A stretch of 64,000 nucleotides of DNA from Bacillota bacterium. GTDB lineage: Bacteria > Bacillota > Bacilli > Bu12. This document shows, piece by piece, positions 1-9,380 of this stretch. Each line of letters begins with the position of its first letter. Position 1 is the stretch's first letter. The stretch spans positions 11,327 to 75,326 of the forward strand of contig JADBKH010000002.1 of the NCBI GenBank assembly GCA_014896485.1, in the 5' to 3' direction. The position numbers and the translations under genes are program-made. Under the pieces are notes generated by a model that saw nothing but the letters and a program-made list of their open reading frames with translations, ran no database searches and was not told the DNA's origin.

Positions 1-825
1 TCCCGCCCCTGCACGTAGCGCTCCTTGCGCAGCCAGCACAGCTGCGCCACTGTAGCGCAAGGAGCCTGCCAGGATCAGCACACGCCCCAATTCACCCTTG
101 TGAGCGGAGCGCCGATAAGGATGGAGGTATGCCGCCAGCTGATGCGCCGAAGGCATCTGCAACAAGTAGGAAGGCGCATAGGCCTGGCGGGGAAAAGGAA
201 TGGGCGCAACCCACAGCTCGCCCGTCATGTCACTGCCCGGAGGGAGGAGATGGCCCAGCTTGAGCGTCCCCATCGCCAACGTGCTGTCTGCAGCAAATGC
301 CGTATCCGCGATCTGGCCGGTCGTCGCATCGATGCCGGTAGGTAAATCGACCGCCAAGCGAATCGCGCGCTGTCGATTGGCCATCTCCACCAAACGGCGA
401 TAGGAAGGCCGAAGCCCGGGGCGTGCACCACTGCCGAGCAACGCGTCGACCAACAGATCTTGCGCTTCAAAAAGCGCGTCGATGTCCCCTTCATCCAGGG
501 CTTCCGTTTCAACGCACTGCGCGCCACTGGCCACAGCCGCACGGCACAATCCGGCTGCCAACGGTTCCAACCCTTCTTGGGGCTGTGCCAATACGAGGGT
601 GATGGCCCGATCCCAAGCAGCCAGATAGCGGGCCGCCGCCAACGCATCGGCCGCATTGTTGCCCTTGCCACACAATACCCCAACCGACGCTTTTCGTTTC
701 GTCAAAGCAGCCACCCGACAAGCCAGCTGAAACCCGGCCGCTTCCACCAATGCCGCTTCCGGCACGCCGAGGGATTGCGCCTGTCGATCCAACCGTGCTG
801 CCTCTTGAGCGCTAAGTACGATCAC
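1..825 (-). CDS. nnr: Bifunctional NAD(P)H-hydrate repair enzyme Nnr (YjeF-N epimerase plus start of the ADP-dependent dehydratase); 3' end lies beyond the window
   Basis: Own translation of the minus strand from GTG at 823-825 gives VIVLSAQEAARLDRQAQSLGVPEAALVEAAGFQLA...GKGNNAADALAAARYL...HKGELGRVLILAGS. The frame is open to position 1. It is absent from the ORF track because it runs off the edge. The start overlaps the acpS stop by 14 nt. Confidence 0.8.
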   Translation of the reverse strand, partial: MIVLSAQEAARLDRQAQSLGVPEAALVEAAGFQLACRVAALTKRKASVGVLCGKGNNAADALAAARYLAAWDRAITLVLAQPQEGLEPLAAGLCRAAVASGAQCVETEALDEGDIDALFEAQDLLVDALLGSGARPGLRPSYRRLVEMANRQRAIRLAVDLPTGIDATTGQIADTAFAADSTLAMGTLKLGHLLPPGSDMTGELWVAPIPFPRQAYAPSYLLQMPSAHQLAAYLHPYRRSAHKGELGRVLILAGSLRYSGAAVLAAQGALRAGAG

Positions 826-1249
826 CGCGAACCACCTCCCGAATCGCCTGCAAGATCGCCCGTTCGTCTGCCGGTGGCTCTCCCTCTCCAGCCGCTACGG
901 CCACGGCATAGGCGCGTTCATGGGAGAGGCTGATGGTCCAGTGGCGTATCCCCCGCAGTGCCGCGACCTTTGCTGCTGTTTTGTACAACTGCAGTGCAGG
1001 AGCACCGGAAGGTGACTTTTCCACCGAGACTTCTCGCCAACCGACGCCGTAAAAACCGGTACCCAACGCTTTCACGACGGCCTCCTTGGCAGCCCATCGC
1101 CCGGCCAAGTAAACCGCAGGATTGCGGCGCGGCAAACGCGACTGTTCCACCTCCGTCAAAATGCGCCGCACCAAGCGCTCCCCCTGACGTTCCAAAAGAC
1201 GTTGCATGCGCTCAATCTCTACGACATCGACTCCCAAGCCTAGGATCAC
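812..1249 (-). CDS. acpS: Holo-[acyl-carrier-protein] synthase (4'-phosphopantetheinyl transferase)
   Basis: ILGLGVDVVEIERM...AGRWAAKEAVVKALGTG...ISLSHERAYAVAVA is a typical AcpS core. GTG start at 1249 follows GGGGGA. The track ORF 812..1594 is over-extended at its N-terminus. Confidence 0.85.
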   Translation of the reverse strand: MILGLGVDVVEIERMQRLLERQGERLVRRILTEVEQSRLPRRNPAVYLAGRWAAKEAVVKALGTGFYGVGWREVSVEKSPSGAPALQLYKTAAKVAALRGIRHWTISLSHERAYAVAVAAGEGEPPADERAILQAIREVVRGDRT

Positions 1250-1416
1250 ACCTATCCCCCACTTCTCGGACACTGTAACACCTGCGGTGCCCTGCGCCAA
1301 AGGATGGTCCAACTGGTCTACTTTGCAAGCCTCAAAAGAGCGAAGTATAGTGGATTGGAGGAGAATGGGATTGTAAAGGAAGCGCAAAGTAAGCAGCAGA
1401 AGAATGGAGGGAGATC

Positions 1417-1878
1417 GTGAAACAGTTCGCGCGTTGGGGAGTCGCATTGGGCTTGCTCGTGGCCTTGCCGCTTGGGCTGGCTGCCTGTGGGGGTGGTGCG
1501 ACGAACAATGCCACACAAAATCAGACAAGCACCACCCAGACACAGCCGAGTACGCCCACACAACAGACGACACCTGTCCCACAACAGGCGACACCCCCTA
1601 CCACACAACAGCAGCCGGCAAGTCAGCAAACCACTGCGAAGGGTGATCCGGCGGCAGGCAAGCAACTCTACGCGCAACAATGTGCTTCCTGCCATGGAGC
1701 CAATGCGGAGGGAATGACCGGCCCCAACCTCAAAGATGGCACGGTGATCAAGAACTACCCAACGCAAGCGCAATTGTCCGCCTACATCAAGGCAAATATG
1801 CCCCTTGGAAATCCGACTTTGACCCAGAAACAAGCCGACGACGTCACGGCTTACATCTACCAGCTCAACGGCAAGTAA
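1417..1878 (+). CDS. Membrane-anchored lipoprotein cytochrome c (c551-like) with a Q/T/P-rich linker
   Basis: Signal peptide with lipobox LAAC. Single heme motif CASCH followed by a distal Met region (ANMPLG). GTG start follows GGAGGGAG. Confidence 0.85.
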   Translation: MKQFARWGVALGLLVALPLGLAACGGGATNNATQNQTSTTQTQPSTPTQQTTPVPQQATPPTTQQQPASQQTTAKGDPAAGKQLYAQQCASCHGANAEGMTGPNLKDGTVIKNYPTQAQLSAYIKANMPLGNPTLTQKQADDVTAYIYQLNGK

Positions 1879-1904
1879 CCCTGAGAAAAAAACAGGCAAA
1901 CGAT

Positions 1905-1934
1905 GGGAGGTGTGCAAAGCCGCCTCCCTTTTTT
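1905..1934. terminator. Bidirectional intrinsic terminator between cytochrome c (+) and the PBP gene (-)
   Basis: GGGAGG-N12-CCTCCC hairpin followed by TTTTTT on the plus strand. A T-rich tract also follows on the minus strand. Confidence 0.7.
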
Positions 1935-1946
1935 GTGGCTGGAGGG

Positions 1947-3857
1947 CTAATGTCTTTGCGTTGCTGACGAGGGTTGATCCGGAGCAACACCGAGGTACGG
2001 CAATGCATAAGAAAGAATCTCCTTGGCCAAGGGAGCAGCCACTTCGCCCGAGAGCTGGCCAGGTGCAAGCTGTGGCCGATCTACAGCCAAAAAGAGGACG
2101 ACTTTGGGATCAGAAGCCGGGGCAAAGCCCAAAAAAGAAAGGACGTACTGATTGCCGGGCAAATAGCCCCTTCCATTGGGATTGGGGACCTGTGCCGTAC
2201 CGGTCTTGCCCGCCACACTGTAGCCGGGGATCGATGCAGCTGTCGCGGTCCCATGCTCATCGGAGACTACCCCCTGCATCGCCTGACGGACCAAAGCGGC
2301 CGTTTGCGCCGAGACGACACGGCGCACCACACTGCGCGCATGCAACGTTGTCACCTGACCAGTCTGTGGATCGATCGCATCTGCCACGACGTAAGGACGT
2401 AGCAGCAGCCCCCCGTTGGCGATGGCACAGGCTGCCATCACCTGTTGGATGGGTGTGACGCTGATTCCCTGTCCAAAGGCCGTCGTCGCCGCCTCGACCG
2501 GTTGAATGTGCGCCGGATCAAAAAGCTGGCCGCTTTGTTCCCCAGGAAGATCGATCCCTGTCCTTTGGCCAAACCCAAAGCGATCGATATAGCGGTAGAG
2601 GGTTTGCACCCCCATCTTTTGCTGTAGCCAGACAAAGCCCGGGTTGGAAGATTGTTCAAAAAGCTGTTCGACCGTCATCATTCGTGGTTTCGGGTTCCAG
2701 TCGTGGATCGTGCGCCCCTGCACAACGATATACCCCTTGTCGAAATAAGTGTCATTCAGCGTTACCGCATGCGTGTCGAGCGCTGCCGCCAACGTGACCA
2801 TCTTGAACGTCGATCCCGGCTCAAAGGCAGACCAGATCGCCAGATTGTCATTGCGCACGTTGGTGGGCGATTTCCCCGGCTGATTGGGATCAAATGCAGG
2901 CCGATCGGCCATGGCCAAGATGGCCCCTGTCTGGGGATCGGCCAAGATGGCCGTAGCATCTTGCGGGTGGTAGGTGGCCACTGCCTGGTCCAAAACGCTT
3001 TCGACCTTCTGTTGTAAGGAGAGATCGATGGTCAAGCGAAGGTTTTCTCCACTCTTTGGTGCAACGGTCTGCTGCTGTGTATGTGCGAGGGGATTTCCAG
3101 CCGCATCTTCAGCCACCATCGCTTGGCCAGCCCTCCCCGTTAACAAGGTATCGTACGCACTCTCGATGCCGGCTAATCCGCGACCGTCGATGTCGGTAAA
3201 ACCAAGAACATCGGCAGCCAGGAGGTGGTTGGGATAGTCACGTTTCTCTTCGGCGACAAAATCGAGCCCGTCGATGTGCAGTGCCTTGATCTGCCGTACC
3301 TGTTCTTCACTCAATTGGCGGGCTTGCGCTCCCAAATAGACGGCCTTGTGAGTGCGGTCTTGGAAATAGGGAAGCAGCTGCTCCGCAGAAGTCTGTAAGA
3401 TGGGAGCCAATTGCTGGGCCACCCGTTGGGGGTCCGTGATCTGGGCCGGCTCGGCGATCAGCGTCTCGGCGGGCACAGAGAGTGCCAGCGTCTCCCCGCT
3501 GCGATCGAGGATTTCGCCACGTACTGGAGAAGAAAGGCGTTGCGTATACCATTGTTGTTGTGCAAGGGCTGCATAGGTACCTGCCTTGCCGATCTGTATC
3601 TGCGCCCCGCGGACGATCAGGCTGACCAACACGGCCGTAAGCACCGTCCCCAAGGTGATCAGCCTTCTGGAAGAGATGTGAGAGGGCCGTCTCTGAGTGC
3701 GCGGCGGTCGTGGTGGTTGCCCACCCCCTGAGCCCCTCCGCCGTGGCTCCTCCCGTTGGCCGGCATCTAGCGGAACGACTTTGGCCCGAGAACCGCTTTT
3801 GTCCGGGACCTTGTTCGGATGCAACGGACGCTGGGGATGATAAGGCGTGGACACCAC
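1947..3857 (-). CDS. Class B penicillin-binding protein (PBP2/FtsI/SpoVD-type transpeptidase)
   Basis: PBP dimerisation domain plus transpeptidase motifs (STFK, SSN, KTGTA). One TM helix follows a ~70-aa Pro/Arg-rich cytoplasmic tail. GTG start follows AAGGAGAG. Confidence 0.9.
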   Translation of the reverse strand: MVSTPYHPQRPLHPNKVPDKSGSRAKVVPLDAGQREEPRRRGSGGGQPPRPPRTQRRPSHISSRRLITLGTVLTAVLVSLIVRGAQIQIGKAGTYAALAQQQWYTQRLSSPVRGEILDRSGETLALSVPAETLIAEPAQITDPQRVAQQLAPILQTSAEQLLPYFQDRTHKAVYLGAQARQLSEEQVRQIKALHIDGLDFVAEEKRDYPNHLLAADVLGFTDIDGRGLAGIESAYDTLLTGRAGQAMVAEDAAGNPLAHTQQQTVAPKSGENLRLTIDLSLQQKVESVLDQAVATYHPQDATAILADPQTGAILAMADRPAFDPNQPGKSPTNVRNDNLAIWSAFEPGSTFKMVTLAAALDTHAVTLNDTYFDKGYIVVQGRTIHDWNPKPRMMTVEQLFEQSSNPGFVWLQQKMGVQTLYRYIDRFGFGQRTGIDLPGEQSGQLFDPAHIQPVEAATTAFGQGISVTPIQQVMAACAIANGGLLLRPYVVADAIDPQTGQVTTLHARSVVRRVVSAQTAALVRQAMQGVVSDEHGTATAASIPGYSVAGKTGTAQVPNPNGRGYLPGNQYVLSFLGFAPASDPKVVLFLAVDRPQLAPGQLSGEVAAPLAKEILSYALPYLGVAPDQPSSATQRH

Positions 3858-4117
3858 ACGCTCTCCTTTCTCTGCCCGTCTTGGTGCCTCGAGTGTAACG
3901 AATCAGCCAACCTCTTGGAAAGGGATCGATCGATCCGAGCGCATAACCTCGTAAGGTCGTTCTTGCACAACAAAATATGCTGATCTCTCTGCTTTTCGGC
4001 GGATAATGCTACACGGTGGACCTTTACGGTGGCTGACGTTGGTTGTCATTTCGCTCATTGCGATCCAGTATGGCTGTGTTTTCATCGAGGTGGCAGTCTG
4101 TCAAAGGAGTATCCTGA

Positions 4118-6268
4118 GTGGCAATACATTTCTCCGCATGGGCGGATGAAGGAAAGCTCGTCATCTATCTCACTGTCTTGCCAGATCCGGGTACCCATCG
4201 CGTTTTGGTGCGTGCCGCTCAACAGTTGCAAGCCCAAGGTCGCGACGTATGGCTGGCCCTCGACACGTTCGATCCAGCGGTTATCTTAACACACCATCCC
4301 GACGTCGTCGTCGTCGGCGATTTGGCACACCGTAACGGCCCAGGCAGCTACCGTGCGGCACGCTACCTCGAAATCCAGCGCCTGTTGGAAGCTGGCATTA
4401 ACGTCGTGACAGATGTCGATGCCTTGCATATCGCAGCTTTCCAGGAGCAATTGGAACGCTTAACCGGAAATCGCATGCGACACGCAGTACCCGATTCGAT
4501 TTTGGCCGATGCGGATCAGCTCTTTTTCTATGATCTTCCTTCTGAAGTGATCGCAAAAAAACTTCGTGGTGAATCCCCGCTCTTTCTTGTCAATGAGGAG
4601 GGAAGCGATACCCATTCCCTGCCTTTGACTGCAAAGGCCATCGCCACCTTGCGTGCCTTGGCCATGCGCACTGTAGCCGGCTATGCACAAAAGAGTGGGG
4701 AAAAATCGCCCGTGATGGTCACAGGCGCGACGGTACAAGAAAAAATCCTCGTCTGCCTCGGCCACCCAAAGCGCAGCAATCTGTTGTTGGAATGTGGCCG
4801 CCGCATGGCCCTCAGGACAGCAGGTGAGCTTTACGCGTTGATGGTGCTCCCTGAAACTGCTGACAATCTGTCGGATACCGACCTGCGTCGTTTACAACAA
4901 ACACGCGCTCAGCTCCAACCGGGAGAAACCCTACTGACCGAACCGGCACGAGGACGCACCCTCGGTCGCGTCATCGCCGATGTGGTCAAACGTGAGGGAA
5001 TCACCCAGGTGATCGTCGGCCAACCTGAGCACGGCAAGACCTTGCGCCACTCGCCAGTGCCATATCTGGTTCGTTCCTTAAGGGATGTGGACATGCGCAT
5101 CGTCGGTTGGCAACGGCATTCCCAACCCCCACAACCCCCGCAGACGGCCCCTACCGTCCAGCGTCCATCCGGCAAGCTGATCCTCTATGCCGGCGTGGCC
5201 CAGGGCGATACAGTCCTGAGGTACATGTTGGAGGATGCAAAGCGTTGGTCAAGCGAGGGTTTGCAGATCTGCACCGCTCCGATGTATCGTACAGGATCTG
5301 CCCTCTCTGCGTTCGCCGCGTGCTTTTCGCAGATGTCTGCCGTGGCAGTCAGAGAGGATCCTACGGCTCAGGAGAAGGGATGGATCGACGAGGCGGCAGC
5401 CACTGCACATCCTCCCGATGCTGTCCTAATCGACATGTTGCCGCACCAAGAAGAGCCGTCGGAGGCAATGACAGCACGTTACGAGCAAGTTATCCACCTG
5501 CTTGATCAAGGTGTCAATGTGGTCGCCGCCGTCTCACTTGCCCAATTGGCCAGCATCTCCGGCGACGTGGACACGTTGGCCCACATGTGCGCGAACAACC
5601 CCATCCCAGACTGGTTGGTGGCACGCGCCCAGGAGATGAAGGTGATCGACGCTCCCTTACAGGAGTGGCTGGAAACAACGGAGAAGGGTGCTGATCAGCT
5701 TCCAACACCAGAGGAGCAGCCGGCTGGATGGGCTGCGCTTCGGCAGATCGCGCTCCAACGCGCCTCTGAGTTTGCGGCATCTGCAGATGCGGCTTTGGAT
5801 CAAGCCACAGACACCGACGAAAAGACGCTGGTCTGTATCAGTGAAGAGATGCTCGATGAAGGACCGCGCCTGTTGCGTCGCGGATACCGCATCAGTACAC
5901 GCAAAGGGTTGAAGATGCACGTCCTCGTTGGCGTACACAAACCCTTGAACCAGATCGATGCCGAAAAGGGCGAGGCGCTCCAGCATCTGCGCAGTTTGGC
6001 TGTCAATCTGGGAGCGACTTTTGAAGTGCAGCAGGCGACTGGAGGCGGTTGCGACCAGCTCTTCGTTCACGCAGCTTGTCAGCAAGGGGTCACGCAGATT
6101 GTTTTGAGCCACGCCGCTGCGCAGGGACACTGGTTGCGCCATACCATCGCCGATGCGCTATTGGCTGGTGCCGACTTTGCCGATCTCCATCTCGTAGCCG
6201 GCCTGCCGCAACCGACCCCACAGCCCGTCGAGGAGCCGGTTCTCACAACCCTCCGTCTTTCCACCTAG
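4118..6268 (+). CDS. Soluble tandem [KdpD N-terminal domain + Usp domain] x2 protein with degenerate P-loops
   Basis: There are two modules. Each starts with GKL(V/I)(I/L)Y and aligns to the KdpD sensor N-domain (GDLAHRNGPGS...LEAGINVVTDVDALH). Each is followed by a Usp-like block (KILVCLG...ITQVIVGQP). Walker A GxxGxGKT is replaced by LPDPGTH in module 1 and AQGDT in module 2. No TM or kinase domain. Confidence 0.7.
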   Translation: MAIHFSAWADEGKLVIYLTVLPDPGTHRVLVRAAQQLQAQGRDVWLALDTFDPAVILTHHPDVVVVGDLAHRNGPGSYRAARYLEIQRLLEAGINVVTDVDALHIAAFQEQLERLTGNRMRHAVPDSILADADQLFFYDLPSEVIAKKLRGESPLFLVNEEGSDTHSLPLTAKAIATLRALAMRTVAGYAQKSGEKSPVMVTGATVQEKILVCLGHPKRSNLLLECGRRMALRTAGELYALMVLPETADNLSDTDLRRLQQTRAQLQPGETLLTEPARGRTLGRVIADVVKREGITQVIVGQPEHGKTLRHSPVPYLVRSLRDVDMRIVGWQRHSQPPQPPQTAPTVQRPSGKLILYAGVAQGDTVLRYMLEDAKRWSSEGLQICTAPMYRTGSALSAFAACFSQMSAVAVREDPTAQEKGWIDEAAATAHPPDAVLIDMLPHQEEPSEAMTARYEQVIHLLDQGVNVVAAVSLAQLASISGDVDTLAHMCANNPIPDWLVARAQEMKVIDAPLQEWLETTEKGADQLPTPEEQPAGWAALRQIALQRASEFAASADAALDQATDTDEKTLVCISEEMLDEGPRLLRRGYRISTRKGLKMHVLVGVHKPLNQIDAEKGEALQHLRSLAVNLGATFEVQQATGGGCDQLFVHAACQQGVTQIVLSHAAAQGHWLRHTIADALLAGADFADLHLVAGLPQPTPQPVEEPVLTTLRLST

Positions 6269-6341
6269 CCCATCTGGAGGATTGGGCTTTCCCAGCGTAC
6301 CGATTACCATAGTGCAAAAGGTACCCTGGGGTGAGTGGCCA

Positions 6342-7817
6342 ATGGATGGAATAACGGCTCCTCTTTTAAACGAGGCCTTGGCAAACGAACTCTTAGACAG
6401 AATGAGCGATGCCGTCATCCTTCTTGATGGCGAGCAACGCGTTCGTTACATCAACCTGGCGGCAGAACGCCTGATGGGTTGGGAGCCTGGAGAATGTGTA
6501 GGGCAGGCGTGTCCGCAGATCTTGCGTTGTCAAGATGTGCATGGACAACGCTTGTCCAATTGCTTGGGGACCGCTTGTCTCTTGAAAGGTCTCCCTTTGC
6601 CTTGTGATACGCTCTATATCCGCGATCGGTTTGATCGCATCGTTCCTGTTTCGATCAGCCATACCCCCCTTCCCGATGCTTTCCCAGAGACCGGCGGCGG
6701 TGTGCTCATGGTGCTCCGCGATCTGACACTGCCCATGCAGGAGGAAGAAGAGCTGCGGCAGGCCAACCGACGGCTGCTGCGCTTGGCGGCACAGCGTCGG
6801 CGACGTGCCCGACAACTCCAGCAACTGGCCATGCTGTTGGCGCAACGCCCTGACCTTCCCTTTCCAACCGATGAAGTGCTGGCCATTATTCTCCGACTGC
6901 TCGAAGCGACGTCGGTCTCTTGGAAACTCGTGGAGACGCTGTCTGGCCTCAAAGAAAGCGGTCTACCTCCTTCCGCCAAAGAGGAGCGCAAATCGCAAAA
7001 GGATACAGCGGTGCAAAGCAATGACGCCGTACCGCTGGGACGTTCCGATCCACCCTTTGGGGTGCTGCAAGTCACGTACCCGCAGCCACTGACAACCGAT
7101 GACGAACGTCGCCCCTTGCTGCGACAGGTCGGCTACATGCTCTCGCTCGCCCTGGAGGATCGCCTGGGCTTTATCCGCTTACAGCGCCTTGCCGTTCTGC
7201 AGGAACGACAGCGCATCTCTCGTGAAATGCACGATTCCGCAGCGCAAACGATCGCTTTTGCACAGATGCGCTTGGGGCAGCTCCGCCGCTCTGCCGTAGA
7301 GACGCCCGAAGCATCAGCCCGGGTATTGGGTGAGATCGATGACGCCCTGCAAGAGACGTTGTTGGAGATGCAACGTGTCGCAAAGCAACGTCCTCCCCAT
7401 CGCGAAGATGCACAGCGCACCCGTCTCTCTGCCATCCTCCACACGCTGCACCAGCACGCGCAACGTATGGGGATAAGACTGGACATCGATGAAGTGAGCA
7501 AACAACTGGCTGGTCAACTCTTTTTGCTGCCAGGAGCCAGCTTCGAACTCGTGCCCCTTTTGCAGGAAGCGCTGGCCAACGTCAAAAAACATGCTGGGAC
7601 CGAAGAAGCACATCTGAGCCTTCGCCGGGAAGCCGATCACTGCCGCTTGACCCTCAAAGATGACGGCACCGGCTTTGATCCTACCAAGCAATCGGCGGGC
7701 CACTTTGGTTTGCACACCATGCAGGAGCGGGCCGATAAGTTGGGGGCTGCGCTGACCATCGAAAGTACCCAGGGAAAAGGCACACGTGTCGTCCTTCGAC
7801 TACCGGTCACCGAATGA
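6342..7817 (+). CDS. Cytoplasmic sensor histidine kinase: Cys-rich PAS, coiled coil, GAF-like, HisKA_3, HATPase_c (NarL-partner type)
   Basis: PAS (AVILLDGEQRVRYINLAAERLMGW). H-box ERQRISREMHDSAAQ (HisKA_3). N/G boxes (EALANVKKHA, DDGTGFD, GHFGLHTMQERA). No TM segment. ATG at 6342 follows GGGGTGAG; the track start at 6282 is an alternative. Confidence 0.85.
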   Translation: MDGITAPLLNEALANELLDRMSDAVILLDGEQRVRYINLAAERLMGWEPGECVGQACPQILRCQDVHGQRLSNCLGTACLLKGLPLPCDTLYIRDRFDRIVPVSISHTPLPDAFPETGGGVLMVLRDLTLPMQEEEELRQANRRLLRLAAQRRRRARQLQQLAMLLAQRPDLPFPTDEVLAIILRLLEATSVSWKLVETLSGLKESGLPPSAKEERKSQKDTAVQSNDAVPLGRSDPPFGVLQVTYPQPLTTDDERRPLLRQVGYMLSLALEDRLGFIRLQRLAVLQERQRISREMHDSAAQTIAFAQMRLGQLRRSAVETPEASARVLGEIDDALQETLLEMQRVAKQRPPHREDAQRTRLSAILHTLHQHAQRMGIRLDIDEVSKQLAGQLFLLPGASFELVPLLQEALANVKKHAGTEEAHLSLRREADHCRLTLKDDGTGFDPTKQSAGHFGLHTMQERADKLGAALTIESTQGKGTRVVLRLPVTE

Positions 7818-7829
7818 ACGCATAACGGC

Positions 7830-9380
7830 TTACAGGAGATCTTTTTGGCCTTCAAGGCGTGCAATCAGCAAAGGCAGCTGCTGTTCCAACTGGCTCATCT
7901 CCGCTTGCAGCCGGCTGAGATCAAGGGACTCCTGCGCATCTTGTCTGGTCGACGAGAATGCCCTGCTGGAGGTTGGAGTCACCCAGGCAGGTGGTAATCC
8001 CAAAAGTGTCGCAGCCTGAGGCGTCAAGGCGATCAGATCGTCTCTGGAAAGCGTTGCGATGCGCGCTTTGCCCAACGCCCGCATCGCAATCACCATCTCA
8101 TCGACGCTCGACAGTAGAAACGCAGCCAATGCCTCAGCTGCCCTGTCCATCTGCAAGTTTTCTTTGCGCCATCCGCTCTCCCACAACAGTTCCAAAGGCG
8201 TAAAGCGCGGGACCAGCTGAGACAGTTGGGGGTGTGCCAATGCGAACAGGGGCCCCGTGCCCATCACGACCCCTTCTGCCCCCAGGGCCATCGCTTTGAG
8301 CGCCTCCTCCGGCGTCAGCAGGCCGCCTGCAGTGATCAAGGTGACCCGACCGCGCAGGTGGTGCGTTTCCCAAAACGCGGCTGCCCGCTGTAAGGCAAAG
8401 ATCGTCGGCAAACCCACCGTGTCCGACAGCAACGGCGGTGCGCCAGAGGTCGCCCCGGTGTTTCCGTCGATGGTGACGACATCGACTCCGCTTTCGACCA
8501 CCCAACGCAGATCGGCCTCCAGATCGTCCGAAGCAGGCAGTTTGATGCCAATCGGAACCCCACCGCTTTGTTCGCGCAAAAAAGCGACCAGCTCGGGCAA
8601 CGCTTGAGGCAGCGGCCAGTCATGAAAGCCTGCCTGAACCTCGATGAACCGGGCCGATTCAGCTCTTAAGTCAGCCCGTGTCTGCTCCGAAAGATTATCT
8701 GTGGACATGCGGTGTCCAGCCGCAGCCCAAGCGCCATGCCCCACTTGAATCTCCACCATCGAAGCTTGACGTACTGCGATCAAATCCTGGCCCCACTGGG
8801 TCCGTCCAAACTGCACGATCATCCGGGAACAGGCGTGCCGCTGCTCGGGCAGAAAAGGTCCAAGGCCGCCATTGACGGCCGTCCCTGCCTGTTCGGCACC
8901 TTTGGCCAGCGCTATTGCGGCCGGTTTGGAGATTGCCACACCATAGCCCATCGCCCCCAACAAAAGTGGGATCTGCAGGACCAATGGCTTTTGGGCCTTC
9001 GGCCCCAAGACCAACTGTGTCTCTACTTTCGCATCGTAGGCCAAAGGTCGCCGCCACAAGACAGCGGGGTCGAACGCGATCTCATCCAGAAGGGCCAACG
9101 GACGGCTAGAACCCATTGGCCGCTGTACGACCGATCCTCCTTCGGCACGTAGCTCGTTTTCCACCAGCCGCTGCATACCGCTCCGGCGTAAGACGTTGGC
9201 CATCTCTGCAGGATTGTGCGCATAAGTTGAAGAGAAAAGTCGTTTTAAAAAAGGCCGTATCCAAAGGCCAACCAGTTCAAAGAAGATTTCCGATCGACCC
9301 AATGACAGGCGGAGGAAGCCGAAAAGTACGATAAGCCCGAGCAAACTTCCGACGCAAGCGGAAAACACAAGCACATTCAT
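7830..9380 (-). CDS. Membrane-anchored FMN-binding glutamate-synthase-domain protein (YerD-like), paralogue B, with a C-terminal coiled-coil tail
   Basis: N-terminal TM helix. GltS FMN (TIM-barrel) domain blocks: LLLGAMGYGVAIS, GIKLPAS, VVTIDGNTGATSGAPP, AGGLLTPEEALKAMALGAEGVVMGTG. The start overlaps the stop of paralogue A by 4 nt (ATGA). Confidence 0.8.
   Translation of the reverse strand: MNVLVFSACVGSLLGLIVLFGFLRLSLGRSEIFFELVGLWIRPFLKRLFSSTYAHNPAEMANVLRRSGMQRLVENELRAEGGSVVQRPMGSSRPLALLDEIAFDPAVLWRRPLAYDAKVETQLVLGPKAQKPLVLQIPLLLGAMGYGVAISKPAAIALAKGAEQAGTAVNGGLGPFLPEQRHACSRMIVQFGRTQWGQDLIAVRQASMVEIQVGHGAWAAAGHRMSTDNLSEQTRADLRAESARFIEVQAGFHDWPLPQALPELVAFLREQSGGVPIGIKLPASDDLEADLRWVVESGVDVVTIDGNTGATSGAPPLLSDTVGLPTIFALQRAAAFWETHHLRGRVTLITAGGLLTPEEALKAMALGAEGVVMGTGPLFALAHPQLSQLVPRFTPLELLWESGWRKENLQMDRAAEALAAFLLSSVDEMVIAMRALGKARIATLSRDDLIALTPQAATLLGLPPAWVTPTSSRAFSSTRQDAQESLDLSRLQAEMSQLEQQLPLLIARLEGQKDLL

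Noticed and set aside
3903-4085. 60-aa ORF on the minus strand in the PBP/KdpD-like intergenic region
   Set aside because: No Shine-Dalgarno precedes the ATG (the upstream sequence is CCACCTCG), it has no recognisable motif, and the region is better explained as divergent promoters.
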